Positions 23,425 through 36,455 of a stretch of DNA of 64,000 nt are shown in pieces. Source of the stretch: Camelus dromedarius (lineage: Eukaryota); assembly GCF_036321535.1 (NCBI RefSeq), contig NC_087438.1, forward strand, positions 1,242,001 through 1,306,000, written 5' to 3'. The notes under the pieces were generated by a model. The model was not told the DNA's origin, searched no databases, and was given only the letters and a program-made list of their open reading frames with translations. The translations under genes and the position numbers were made by a program. The stretch's first letter is position 1. Each line of letters begins with the position of its first letter.

Positions 23425-24960
23425 ACTGTAGGCAAACCATTCTGGTATTTTCTATGTATAGATAAAAATATTTTTACATGTGATCTGTATCTCCATCATC
23501 CATCCCCCATCCATCCCTCCATCCATCCGTCTGTCCATCATCCTTCCATCCGTCCGTCTGTCCATCATCCTCTTCTCATGCAGAAATGACATCATATCAC
23601 ACATACTTTTCTGAACTTGATTTTTCCACTTAACGATGAGTCTGGAAAGACCTTGTCTACAGCCCTACCTGGTTCTCCGGAAGGCTTCCTGGCGTCCCAC
23701 GGCCCTCAGGGTGGTCATTCGCGTCACAAACCACCCTCGTATCCCAAGCTGGTGGGATGCTCTCCTGGAAGCTGATCACCAGGTCGCAGGGCACGCACAT
23801 CACAGGCTCTGTGGCATAATGCCAAACCACCTTCCAAAACTCTGCTCTAGAACACGCTGTGCCCGACAGGTTGCCAGAACCCCTGCTTTCTGTCACCCTT
23901 GTTGGCCGGCGTGGGGCGGGGGCTCGGGGAACGAGCCACCCGTTTGCGTGTAAGCAAGTGTTGCAGATTCTCTTGTATCTTTCCACGTACTGCTCGCTGT
24001 TCTTATTTCTTGTTGCTCTGTGCTGCCAGAGTTTCCCAAATCCATCATTCATTTCTCATCAACGTGCAAGAAATCCTTCCATAATACATGTTGCAAGTAT
24101 GCTTTCCAGTTGGTCATTTGACTGGAAATTTAAAATTTAACAACTCCATCTTTTATGAAACTGCTTGTTTTGTCATATTTAGAAACCCCCCCTCTAATAA
24201 AAAATTAGTCGCTTTTTTCTACTTACGATTTTGTCCTAATAGGTAAACATCGGCATGTGCAACCTGGCGCTGCGACCAGAAGCCCGTACTCGCTCCGCGT
24301 GAGCCGGGGCCCCTCCTGAGCCAGCTTGCGGCTTCTCTCGGGGCCACTCAGAAGCCACTCGTGCCTCACCTGGTGACTTGCTCTGCTGCTAGTCACCCGG
24401 ACTCTGCTTCACTTCTGATCCCACGTGTTTCATTCGGTCTGCGTGTTTTCTCTCTCATCCCACGGCTTTATATGTTGTGCTTAATAATCAACTTCGATGT
24501 CAAGTAAGGCGGCTTCTCTGAATTACTCTTTCTCCTGCACCCTCCTGAGTATTTAAAAATGTTCACATCTCTAGAAGGTCTGTGGCATCATTACGTCACG
24601 TTAGACGGGTCCTCTCTCCACCAGCAACTTGGACAGTTCTGTTGTTACTTACACTGGAAGTGCATTAGAACTACAGAGTAATTTGGGTAGAAATGATGTT
24701 TTATGTAGGTGCCTTTTTAGCCAAGAACAAGACCTGTTCCCACTCACTCAGCCTTCTGTCACGTCTTTGCACGATGCTCTCATGCTTTTGAAACACAGGC
24801 CCGGCGTCTCTCCTAAGGTTATTTGCAGATGCTTTCATAATTCCTTCATTGTGAGCCGAATTGTTTCTTCCTTTGTATTTCTAGTTGGCATTGGTTTTAA
24901 ACAGGGAAATACTGCTTTTGTGTTTTCATTGCTTTTATCTGTTGATGTTGTTTCATGTCC
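23425..24960 (-). mobile_element. Old L1 (L1ME-like) 3' UTR/ORF2 fossil, heavily deleted
   Basis: TTTTCCACTTAACGAT, ATAATGCCAAACCACCTTCCAAAA, ATGTTGCAAGTATGCTTTCCAG and GTGCATTAGAACTACAGAGTAATTTGGGTAGAAATGA occur in antisense L1 order. Confidence 0.65.
23492..23570. repeat. Degenerate (CATC)n simple repeat
   Basis: Directly visible CCATCCATCC / CCGTCTGTCCATCATCC units. Confidence 0.85.
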
Positions 24961-24996
24961 AGGAACGACCGGGTCATGGCTGTCTCCTTTTCTCGC

Positions 24997-25065
24997 TATG
25001 ACCACGGCAAGAACTGAGGCTCTGTTTCCTCATCATCAAAGTGGGAAGGTCGTCCACCTAGGGAA
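24997..25065 (+). mobile_element. MIR core fragment
   Basis: TGACCACGGCAAG...CTGAGGCTCTGTTTCCTCATCATCAAAGTGGGAA. Confidence 0.55.
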
Positions 25066-27320
25066 TACTGGGGGTGAGGCTGGGCGTGGCTCAGGAACAC
25101 TGGGACCCCCACACCTTCCAGGAGCTCCGACGCTGCCTGGGAAGGGGTCTGGGTGTGCCCAGCGTCGGGGCCAGGACGGGCAGCCAGCGAGGGGACGTCT
25201 GCTGTCCCGGGCGGCACGCTCACGTCTGTCTCCGAGGGGGATTCGGGATGGGGGGAGCCAGGCGGCCTAAGGAGCATCCCCTGAGGAAGGGAAGGTCGGC
25301 AAGGGTCCCCTTCTGCTTTGGGGACACATGCGTGTGGCCATTTGTAAGGACCAGATGCATATTTATTGAAGAGCGACGACGAGGAAACAGCTGGTTAAAT
25401 ATTTGGATACGTGAATGCACAGCAGACACAGGAAAACAATTGGCCCGACTCGCGCAGCCGGAGCAGCTCTGGGCCGAGTCCTGGCACGGCTCAGCTGTCC
25501 TCCGTCGAAGGCTGACCCTGCCTGGGTGTGTGTCAGTTCCACCAGGTCCGCCCACACATGCGGCCTGACCTCCGGGCCCATCATTCCCGGATGGGACCTT
25601 GTGCTCCCAGGCGTGGTGAGACAGCAGAACGTCCCCAGAGCTCGGCCACGTGTCCCCGCGCTTCAGGTGGGTCCTGGGTTGCTAGCAGCCTGGTCTTTAA
25701 AGCCACAGGCAGGACAGGAAGGAGGCTCTCTGTCCTCTTCCCTGCAGCCGTGAACTTTGCCTCCATCCTCTCCGCACTGTGCCCAGGGAACAGGGTGACA
25801 GTCAGGGCTGCTGTCGTCTTCAGAGCTCCTGCTCGCACGGCCGCCATGCTCATCCACGGCCCACTGTCAGCAGATCCGGGCAAGCCCACCTCCAAACGCC
25901 AGAAACTTGTCTCTCTCCTGTTCGTGTCCCCCCAGCCCAGCCACGTTGGCTCCTGCCAGGGCCCCGTTCCCCCCTCATCAGGACACGCCTTCATCTAATG
26001 CCTGGATCACGTGCTCTTCTGTTGGAACTCTCTAACAGACTCCCATCCGAACTGGAGGGAACTCCCAGCCCCGCATCTCGGTCCGCAAGGCCCCTTCCAT
26101 CTGCCCTGCCTGCAGCCCCGGCCCCACTTGGCGCCTCACGCATCCTCCCTGCCCGCCAGGCGCACATACCTGCCGCGCTGCACCCCTGCCGGTGGCATCC
26201 CTGACCTGGACTGGCTCACCTTGGGGGGCCTTCCGCTTTCGGCCCTTCCTCTGTCCCCCTGGTCGCCGGAGGCCCCGGGCCCCCGAGGGTGTCTCCGCTG
26301 TGGTCAGGGCCCGGCACAGAGCACGCGGCTCGGGAGGTGGTGACCGGGAGCTCGGGCGTGCGTGTTCCTGGTTGCAGTTTCCTTCTCTCTGTTTCTCCGG
26401 TGTAATTTCAGTGCCATCTCCAGTGACTGGCTTACTAAGGTTCTAGACACTCCTTTACAAAGGGCCCTGGTTCCTGTCACACACGCTTTGGGTGAGTTTG
26501 TCTTTCCACGCTCTGCTTTCTGCCATAAAGCCCAGAGGAGGCCGGGCAGGATCTTAAAATCTCGGTCATTTGAAAACTTGCGGCATCCCAGAAGAAACAG
26601 CCTGTTCCGGTATCAGCGGAAGACAGCTGATCCATCCAGATCAGAGATAAACGCCGGGCCGGAGATAAGACCACTCAGGCCTGAGCCCAGAGCTAACGCA
26701 GCATTTCCCGGAGCCCGTGGAGCGGCCGGAGCAGGCCATGCAGCGTGCTGGCAACGAGCAGGTGCCCCGGCTTGATGCTGTCTCGCTGCCGGGGAACAGG
26801 CCACTTCATCACGACCCCGTTTTCCCCTGAGCCATCACAAGTAACGGCTTTCTGCCCCGATTAATTAAAAAGTTAATGGGCTTGATTAAGCTATTTTTGG
26901 TAAAGATTGGAAAGAGCGTGAATACATCTTTCTACTTCCAATTACAAGCAGACGTGGCCACTCACTTCCCGTCCCCATGGTTACACGTGTCCATAAACTG
27001 TCCGTGTAACTTTGTCGTCCACACTCCGCGTGACAGCTGCCCCGTGGTCTCCAAGCTTTTCACCAGCACTTACCAAGTAAGAGCGTAGCGCCACGCAAAG
27101 CGGTACGTGCCGGCGACGGCGAGGATGGAAGAGCCGGTTCATGTAGATGATTTCCTCGAAGCATGGTCGACACGGACTGCAGGCAGCGCCTCTGAGGTCC
27201 TGCCTTTTCCTTGCACACGTGCACGTGGGTGTGTGTGAGGGCACGTGTGCTCATGCGTGTGGGTGCGGGTGCAACAGGGCTGAGAGCTGGAGCGGGGAGA
27301 GCCTGGTCTGTGGCCGGGGC

Positions 27321-27495
27321 CCATGGTTCTCAAACCTGCGAGAGCACTGGCATCACCGCGGCTCCTTCAGGCAGGTTCCTGGGCCCCCCGAGAGGTTCTG
27401 ATGGAGTAGGGCCTTGGTGGGACCCCAAAACTTGCATTTCCAATAACCTCCCAGGTAGCTCTCTGCTGTGGGCGGCAGCCCCTTAGAAAACCCTG
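27321..27495 (+). mobile_element. MER5A (hAT-Charlie) DNA transposon
   Basis: CCATGGTTCTCAAAC start; CTGGGCCCCCCGAGAGGTTCTGATGGAGTAGG; ACTTGCATTTCCAATAACCTCCCAGGT; end TTAGAAAACCCTG (decayed TIRs). Confidence 0.85.
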
Positions 27496-30400
27496 TCCGC
27501 ACTCCCTTTATTTTTGATTGTGAAGTTGGAGGAGCAGCCCCCACCTGCTCACCTTGCCTCCGTAATGAGAGTCGCTTGAGTTGAATGCTGGACATGAGAT
27601 CGTGAGCACAAAGCAGACGTGGGGCTTCTATACCCGGGCCACTGGTTCCGAAGGGCTCCCAGCAGACGGGCCAGCTCCCCTCACTGCTCTCCCACGGACC
27701 CCTAAGGGAAAATATCCGCTGACTCCAAAACAGGTGCTGCGCCCCCCGGCTCCTGTGGTTTCCACACGGGGGTGCTCAGTGACCACCGTCCACGTCCACT
27801 TCTGATGGAGGCCTGTGGTTCTAACAGCCGTCTGCAGGATGGTGAGAGCAGAATGATCCAACCAGGGCCTCCTTTGGGCCCCTTGGTGCCGCCAGGCCCC
27901 TGCTTGTCTCCAGTGGGTCCTGGGAGACAAGCCTCACGCGCAGGGCTGACCGGACTGTCCGGTCCACGTGGGGGTGCGGAGGGCCCCTCGGGTAACGCAG
28001 CAGTTAGAGAGACCTCAGTTAGGGGTGTTTAGAACGTCATGTCATTGCTTCACGTGGGCAGACGGGAGCAGTGATGGGTGACGGTGGCGCGGTCACCCAC
28101 ATCCTCTCTGCGCATCCCCACCCCCGCCCGCCCTCCTGAGAGCCAGCGGGAACTGCGTCCGCAGGCGGGGAGAGACGGCGGAGCGCAGTGGAGAGGCGTG
28201 TGCGTGGACGCGCAGTGTGGACCGTCTGCCCTCATTTTGGGCGGAGGAGGAAGATGAACGCCATTGCCATGTAAGATCTCGGAACCTGATCAAAGGCTGT
28301 GACATGTGCCTTAAGGCAGACGTCCCATGGGCTTCACCGCGGGCCAGCCGAGCAGATCTGACCACAGACGGCCGCCCTGGGGCTGCGCACAGTGAGACGT
28401 GGGGCAATCCCGAAGCCTCCCCTCCAGAGCGACAGACCCACAGCTCCATGCCAGGTTGGCTGCAGGGAAGGTGCTGTTTTTAAGATCAGGGGAGACACGG
28501 AAGCGGCTTCCCAGACAGGGTGGCTCCTTTTCCAGAGACGGGCACTGCCCAGGGGGGAGACGTGGGTGTGGGTGGGACTGGACACGAGCCCTGCCCGGCC
28601 GGCTCTGGGAAGTGGGGGTCGTTCTGAAGTGACCACGGCAGTGATGGAGGACTTGGTCCCATCCCGGGGCCCTCTCTCCAGGGCGGGCTGGGGATGTGGG
28701 CTGGGCGGGGGCCTCAGGGCTCATCACACGGGTCTGTCTTGAGTGACCGGCCCACGGTCTGCCTGGATGCCGGGCCAGGACTGGGCAACACCATTGGGCC
28801 AGTTTTTCCAAGAAGATAAAGTAACGCAATTACGAAGCAACAAAACCCAGCTGCATTTCCTTTCGCTCAGGCGGAGAGGAGGGAGACGCTGTGGGGGGCC
28901 ACCCTGGGGTGGCGTCTACTGAGTCCCAGGGCGCAGCGCGGCCCTGAGACCACAGCACACTGTCAAGCAGAAACTCTTTTTTCTTTTCTTTACAGACGCG
29001 TTGTGCCTTTTCCCCCTTCATTCCGGGCAAGCGGACATGAGGCACATTTTTGCTTGTCACGTTTTCAGCAAAATAGGACTGTCCCTTGCTCACCTGCCAT
29101 CGGGTGCAGAGCTGTCTCCCACCCTCGTGAATGGCCAGCGCTTGGGCGGCTGGACCCGGCCTGGGGTCTTTATGCAGGATTGATGGGTGTGCAGACCCGA
29201 ATTGGCACCCTGGGGGCCGCTCCCCGGAGTCGGCTCTTCCTTCGCAAGATGCTCTGGTTACCTACAAAGGCCTTGCTGTCTTCTCCTGCTCCGTCCTCAC
29301 GCCACCTGGCCCCCCAGCGGCAGCCCACAGACGGCCACCCTCACCGCGCTTCTCACTGACATGTGACCGCGATTCATCACGTGTCATCGCGCTGCTTCAG
29401 GCTCAGTCTCCAGCCTGTACGACCCGTCCCCCAGCGGGAGGGTGGCCGGGACTCTGCTCCACTTACCCTCGCCTCCCCCACTTTCTTCTGGACAAAGGAC
29501 AATTCATGCTTTTTCTTTGTAGGAAATATGAAAAAGAAATCCTGTTTGAAATATGTAAAAAGCAACTTAGCAGGTGACACAAAACAGGAAGAAAACTCAG
29601 TCTTTGTGGTCTTTTGTACACGTGCTTGTCCCAGAAATGCTGAAAAAAAAATCTGTGCCCTGAACTCTCCACCTTGAATACACGTAGGCTGGGGAAGCGT
29701 GCACGTGAGGTTTCTGGAAAACGTCCCCCTTCCTAGAAGGCGCAGGCGGCCTGCGACCGGCCAAGTTGCCTTCCCAGCGCCCGCCTGCCCTCTGGGACCA
29801 GAGTCCACGTTTCCACTGCTGCCACTCGTGCCTGTGTGACTCTGTCAAATAACCATTTGTCTTGAGCTCTTGTCTGAAATAATTTGAACTGCCAAATCCC
29901 AAAATGAATAGGTTTTGTTAACACAAAAGGCGAAGGGACTGGTTGGAAATTTTAAAGATCTCCCAGCCCTGTGTCTTAACGGATCAGACGGCTTGGCTCC
30001 CAGGCACCCTTGTCGGCACCCCTCGGCCCCCGTGGGTGCGGGATGACAGGTCGTCCGATGGTCTGGCTGCTGGAGGCGGGGAGAGAGAGGCAAGCAGGCC
30101 GGGGCTGGGAACTGGCTAAGTACCTCTGGGTGCTTGGACCTCACCGCGGTGCACAGCGAGACAGCCACCGTGATTTATAAACCGGGGTGGTGATGGATGA
30201 TCTTTTAAGTGGACAAGGTGGGCCGAGGCCGCGCACGCTGCAGCACTCAGATGTGACTGTCCCTGGCGGCAGAGTGACAGCTGTGCCCGCAGGTGACTGA
30301 GGCAGCGCCTGCCGCACCTGCTGCCAGCCCCAGGGCCCACCTGTCTTGGACACGAGTCCCCAGGCTGAGGCTCACCGGCTGGGGCAGGAGGGACTGGACA

Positions 30401-30779
30401 CAGCGCCTCTCCACTCCAGGCCGGGCCTGTTCCATCGAGGCCCCCTCCTCTGGGCTCTCTCTTGCTCTGGGGACAGGAATGTGTGGGCAGCAGCCTGGCC
30501 TCCACAGTGAGCAGAGCTGTCTGGTGGGGACACCCTCTGCCTGGTGGTTTCAGTGTTTGTCACAATAATGATCACAGCTGAGTTGGCCTCGCGCCTATAC
30601 CGGGACCTGCGGGGGGAGGGGAGCAGTGAGCAGATCAATAGCGGAAAACCAACTCCCGCCAAGAAAAGAGCTCGCCTGTCTCCCCAGAGAGAGGTTCCCA
30701 AATCACTGCAATCTGTTCTGAACTCCGGGGGAGGCTTCCGCGCATCCAAAGGAGGAAGGAGTGGGGAGAAATCTCAAAG

Positions 30780-30970
30780 GCAGACTTTCCGTGTGTCAGT
30801 TATAATGAACCGAGCCCTTTGCTCCGAGATGTGTAACATCTCCCTCAAATGCCTTTTGCAAGGAACAAAGCTGCACCTAATGAATTATCCTGTGGCTCAG
30901 GGTATCTGTGGATAATTAACATCACCCCCTTTTAAGCATTACTGAGGCTGCTGCCTTTTGCAAAACAAAC
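30780..30970. promoter_or_regulatory. Candidate conserved non-coding element
   Basis: Repeat-free block with AACAAAG (SOX), CTAATGAATTA and GATAATTAAC (homeodomain) motifs. Confidence 0.4.
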
Positions 30971-31809
30971 CTGAAACTCGGAAACCACCCTGTGATGGGA
31001 GAGGTTTGAAGGGTGAGCTGAGAACTTCATCCTGGAATTCTGCACGAGGAAGCACGCCGGCGGAGACCTCAGGAAAAATGTGGCTTATGCAAATGTACTC
31101 CTGTACCGAGGGCAAAAATAGGGACGGGTGAACGGAAGGACGTGTTCCTTCTTCCCACGGAGTGGGATCTTCGCTTTCTGTTGCTGGGTTTTAAAGCCAA
31201 CAGAACCGACTCTCAGTTCAGAAGGGCGTTTAACTCGTGGCTCAGGAAGCCTGCGATTATCTTCCTTTGCTTCTGTTACGAGGAGCTTCATGCCGCTGGC
31301 CCAGGGTCTCCTGGAAGGGGCTGTCCCAGGGCTTTCTCTGGGAAAGGGGGTGCTGCTGCTTTGTTCCTGTTAGGGCTTTGGGCATGTTTTCTCTCTATTT
31401 TTGTTTGTTTCCCCCCCAAATGTTTCATTTAAAATATGCATTAATTTTACTACAGGAAATTTGATTTATATCGTCGAGGAATTTCACAGTGCTCCTTTCA
31501 AAGGAGTGAAGGGGCTGGACAGCAGAAATGAGAGCATGGCCCCTGCGTTTGGCTCTGCTCCTCGAAAGGAGCCCCTGTTCTGGGAAGAACCCGCAGTGTC
31601 GCTAACTCAGAGCCATTTTAAAAGTAAGCTCACGCCAAGGCTTGCGCCCACCTTCCACTTCCAGAAGCAAAGGGAAGAGTGTGGAGTTTGGAGCCGAAAC
31701 ACCATGGCCAGGTTCTCTTTGCCGCACTCTCACTGTGTACTTTCGTGTGACGGACCCAGTCTTTCTGGGGTAACAACTGAATAACTAAGATCTCTCTAGC
31801 TCGTGGCAC

Positions 31810-31978
31810 ACCCCAGGCTCTGCTCTGAGCCCTGCCGCACATCACACTTCGTTAATTTTCATCACAACCCCAGGACAGAGGTACTATTCTTAGGGAAGAG
31901 GAAACTGAGAAACAGAGAGGACGAGCTCTTACCCAGGTTTGCACAGCCATCAAGAGGCAGAGCTTGGTGGCCTGAATG
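31810..31978 (-). mobile_element. MIR SINE
   Basis: TTAATTTTCATCACAACCCC...AGGTACTATT...GAGGAAACTGAGAAACAGAGAGG...TTACCCAGGTTTGCACAGC. Confidence 0.8.
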
Positions 31979-34313
31979 AATATAGGTTATAAGAATTAAG
32001 AAAGCTATGCGACATACCACGGAGGTGCCTCTCCTTTCAGCCAATCAGCTGGCCTAAACAGCCTAGGTTAAATCAGACAACAGATGATCCCCAAGTCTGC
32101 CGAGCGACGGCGATTTGCGGCAGTAACACGTCTCTCGTCGACACTCAACGGTGTGCCATCTTGGATCCACTTCTCCACGGGCTGTGGTCCCCCAGACAGC
32201 CGAGCTCTCGCCGCTTCTGAGGCAACGGTCTAAACCTGGCTCATTTCTTTAACCCGTGATGCTGTGACGCTTCGTAGCGGGCAGTAGACCGAACGATTGT
32301 ACGTGGTCAGTTTATGCTGCTGACTCGACTTGGTTTTCCAAAGGTAAGCTAAATTAAAAAAACAAAACCTCAACCAGAAACCAAAACCAGAAAAAGAAAG
32401 GAAAACAAGAAAACCCCAAGCCACTCTGGACTCATGAACGGCCCATCGGAGAAACCTGAATTTTCCTCATTGCTCATAAATCACTCACGTCTGAAGCGAT
32501 TTCTTGCAGTCTATTTGCAACGACCAAATTGGAGACCCATTTGCTACACCTAATGGGAGAAGGAAGACCAACCCGAAAGCCTTCGGAGAACAAAGAATGC
32601 ATTCATGACAAAAGTGTTGCAGGACATAAAACGGCTCGGGTGGTTGACTTTTTAGGGTGGGGTTGTTTGGGGAGAGAAAGCGACATTTATTTAGACCCCA
32701 CATTTCCACAGCTGCGCAGGCACCGAGCGCTTCCAGAAGCCGCTGAGGCATCCCTGAGAAGTTTATCTTGCCATGGGCTGTTTCCTCCTCAGCCAGCTGT
32801 GGTATCGATTTCTCTCAATGGATTAATTATCAGAGGCAGTTGCAGACTTCCCTGAGATGGACGGAAGGAAAAATGATGTTTTCATTTCAGTGAAGCCTGT
32901 TGGTGATTGCATGTGAGTTTCTCTGGAGCCCTGGCTTCGACGAATGGGGCCGTGGCAGCGGGGGCCGGGCCGGGGGGTGCCTGTCTCCTCCGTGCTCCCG
33001 GAGTCTCGGTGCCGCCTGGGGACTCGGCCAAACGGGCTGCCCGCGGTCCTGTGCTACGGCGTGTGGAAGGAGCCTCAGCCCCGGGGGAAGGGGGGGAAAT
33101 GACGGACCTGCACAGACGTGGAGGTTGGGGTTATTTACAGCACAGCCTGGGTCTGACAGAGGGAGATTTAGGTTGCTTGCCGAGACAGATGGCCCCGAAA
33201 TGGCACCACGAGCCTCTTCTCTGTAGGACCTGGGTTCAAAGTCACCTCAGAGCACTGGGACTCTGAAAAGGTCTTTGAGACTCTAAGGGTCTCGGCAGTA
33301 AGGATGAATGGGACACTTAAACCAAGACTCTGCCAGGTGCTTTGTCACGGGGATTCTCTGAGCTTCAGAGTCACCATCACATTTTCGCCTTGAATGCCAG
33401 CATTAACCTTTTAACGTGTCAAGGCGTTTCTCATCTTCGAGAACACCTGTAAATGGTTATAAATTTCTTTAATGTTTTCACCATTAAAATTCTGGAAAGA
33501 GGAGGGGTCTGTGGGGAAGGCTGAGTGTCAGGCAGGTGGCAGGAGTTTTCTGGTGTTTGGTGGGGTCTGAGACCTGTTTCCTGGGACACTGTCATCCTGC
33601 AGAGAATTCAAGTAGAACTTTCAGAGTTCTTCCACTTTTCCTTTTTTCTTTATAAATGGAATAAGGTAACTGTAAAGATGTCACCACATGTCAAATAGAA
33701 ATCAGATAAAAGATGGAAATAAAAAACAACGTATGTGGATCTTACAAGCAAGCCCATATTGATATGTCTTCTGCATTTTTTTTCAGATAGACAGTAGCAA
33801 AAAGTCACACTTTTTACGTCGCTTTGTAAGCTTCTTCCGCTTGGGAAAAACACATTGAACTCATGCCCTGTAATTTTCTATAATATCATTGCTCATGGCC
33901 GCAAACTGTGCTGGAGGGGCATTGCTTCATTCTCCCCTCCAATCCCTCTTCTAAGCTGATACACTGAGTGCGTTTCCTGTTTTCCCTCCAAACACCCTGC
34001 AGCGGGTGTTTCCGGAGCTGGGTCTGAGCGCGTCCCTGGGGGTCTTGGGCGCAGCCCCGCTCGGGTTGCTCTGAGAGGGCAGCGCCCCTCCGGCCAGCGA
34101 AGGGGAGCCCTGCGTCCCCCGGGACAGCTGGCGCAGCACACGCTCCGGTCTCCCTCCCGATTCAGTTTCCAGTGTCCGAGTCGTGTGTCATGTGGATGAG
34201 CCCAGCGTTGACGTCTGTTCGGATCTTCTTAACATTTTTTTCTTTCGCGGCCTGACTTTCATCACACGCTTGCCTGGGGCTTGACTGCTGGCTTCCCGCC
34301 GCGCGAGGCCCTC

Positions 34314-34451
34314 GGCCCCGCCCACAGCCGCGCCGCCCCGCCCGCGGCCCCGCCCACAGCCGCGCCGCCCCGCCCGAGGCCCCGCCCACAGCCCCACCGC
34401 CCCGGCCGCAGCCCCGCCCGCCGCCCCGCCGCCCCGCCGCCCCGCCCGGCC
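34314..34451. repeat. GC-rich 32-bp minisatellite (~3 copies plus degenerate tail) of GC boxes
   Basis: GGCCCCGCCCACAGCCGCGCCGCCCCGCCCG(C/A) at 34314 and 34346, a variant at 34378, then (GCCCCGCC)n. Confidence 0.9.
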
Positions 34452-36239
34452 ACTTGAGGCGGTCTGCACCTTCATGACTGCTTTCCCTGTGCTTAGCATG
34501 TCATTTTTACTCAGTGAACACCCATCACATGGGCTTTTCTGCAGTGTCTGCATGTGGTGACATGCTTGGAGATCTCTCCCCCATTCCGAGTTGATATAAA
34601 TCTTCACTTGTATTTTTTCTAGTGTTTTATACCCTTATTCGGTCACATTTAAAACTTTAAATTATCCGGAAAGCGCGTTGACAGATGATGAGTGAGGCGC
34701 GGCTGGGACCTGTCAGACTCCTCCGGGGGCGTGGGGGGGGGGGCTCGGTCTCCGGGAGGGGGAGGGCGAGGGGGGTCAGCAGAGCCCGGCGCTGGGGCCG
34801 GGTTGATTCCTGTGCCGTCCGGGTGCTGGAATCGCGAGGACGAACGGTTGTGACTTTAAAGCAGTTGAGCCTCCCCAGGGCCACCTCATCAAGCCTCTCA
34901 GAGTTCAGCCTTTTTGAATCAATTCACCAGATTATCTGAAGCACCTTGTAGGCTGCTCACAGCTCTGAATTGTTTTATTTACCTTAAGAATATTTCTATG
35001 GCAATTTCATAGAAATCAGTGTCATTTTATGTGTCTGTCATCATTTAGCCTAACGGCTTACATTTCTGGGTCAATTTGGAAGGAACAGCACTTGTGTGGA
35101 TTGTTTTCTCTGGGCTTTCTCTTGTCCCCACAACGGCCACTCCGGGTTACTGGTGGCACTTTCTCTAAGTCTCAGAAACCAGCAAAGTGGGGGCACCACG
35201 TGGACCAGCTGGCCTGCCACCTAGGAATCCACGTTCCAAACGTGTCCCCCAGGTGACTGGAAGGCGGGTGTTTGACAGCCAGCCTTTGAGAGGCCCTGAG
35301 TTTGCCATTTGCATGTAGTGGGTGACGGCGGTTCCTCCCTGGCCTTGCAGAGCAGTGCAGACTGTGTCATCTCGGGGTCACAGCCCCTCCTCCCAACTCC
35401 CTTGCCCTCCTGAGCACGTGGCCTCCTGCCAGTGCAAGGGGGATGGCGGGCAGCATTGTCGCACCTCTGGGAGGCCGGCCGTACCTGGGGCTGGGCCGCT
35501 TCCCTCTGAACCCCTCGGAGCCTGGCAGGGAAAGAGGGACAGTGGCTGGGGCAGGGCTGCTCGCACTCCTGGGAAGGTTGCGGCCCCCAAATTCTGGGCA
35601 TCACCTCCAGGAACTTAGCCTCCTCAAGTCCATGGGGCAGGGGTGGGTGGCAGGAGGAGGGGCAGGAAGTTGCATTTTAACTGGTTTCCTGGTGACGCTT
35701 CTCCTGGGGCTGGTCTGGGGGCTGCCCTGCAGGCCTCTGATTTAGGGAGTCAGTCTGTCTCAGTCTGTCTGTCTCCTGTTTTTAATCATATTTAAGATAC
35801 CAGTTAATTTTTCTTGAATTTCCCTACTATTTAGAAGCAGTGAAGCAGATAATAGAAATACTCCTTAAATTCCACCGGGGAGAACATTTTTGTCCATTAA
35901 TCAATTTTCTTATTTAAAGTGATAATATCTACCTCCCTCTTGACGGATCTCCTTGTAAGGTAGGTTGGTACAGTGCTCCTGTGGCCTGAGACGTCCAGGA
36001 GGTCCCAAGGGGAGCGAGGCAGACAGACCGAAGCACACAGGTGATGGACGTGAGCTAGTGTGGGCGTCCGTCCACCCTCTTTGTCCCCCAGGCCAAGCAG
36101 GTGCACCGGGCAGAGAATGACAGATGCGGACACGGCTCTGACTCGCGTGAGGGAGGGGCTGGTTCTGCCCAAGCAAGTCGAAACGGCTTGAAGAGTCACC
36201 GCGACCTTCTGAATGTGCGCTGAGCATCGCAGAAGGAAT

Positions 36240-36455
36240 TCTGGGTGAAAAAGTGAGGTGAACATCAATAGCCAATTTATCACGTGCTGGGGAAGCGCCT
36301 GATTCATCTGTACGTCAGTGCCTGTCACTTTCCTTCATCATAATGACTGATTTGTAATGCATACATCCTATGATTTATTGAAAGGTAAATTTATTTCAAA
36401 TAACTGAATTTGAATGGGAATGAAATGCAGTCTTGAGGCGAATGACTCAAACACT
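36240..36455. promoter_or_regulatory. Candidate conserved non-coding element
   Basis: CAATTTATCACGTG, TGATTTATTG (PBX-HOX, 36371), CATAATGA and TGACTCA (AP-1, ~36443) in an AT-rich repeat-free block. Confidence 0.4.

Noticed and set aside
30544..30915. ORF with an NLS-like PAKKRARL
   Set aside because: No recognisable protein family and no clear splice signals; it runs into an enhancer-like block. A short basic motif is expected by chance.
34078..34098. CTCF-like GCAGCGCCCCTCCGGCCAG (and GGCCACCAGGAGGGG at ~10485)
   Set aside because: Core spacing or key positions deviate from CCASYAGRKGGC; such partial matches are common in GC-rich DNA.
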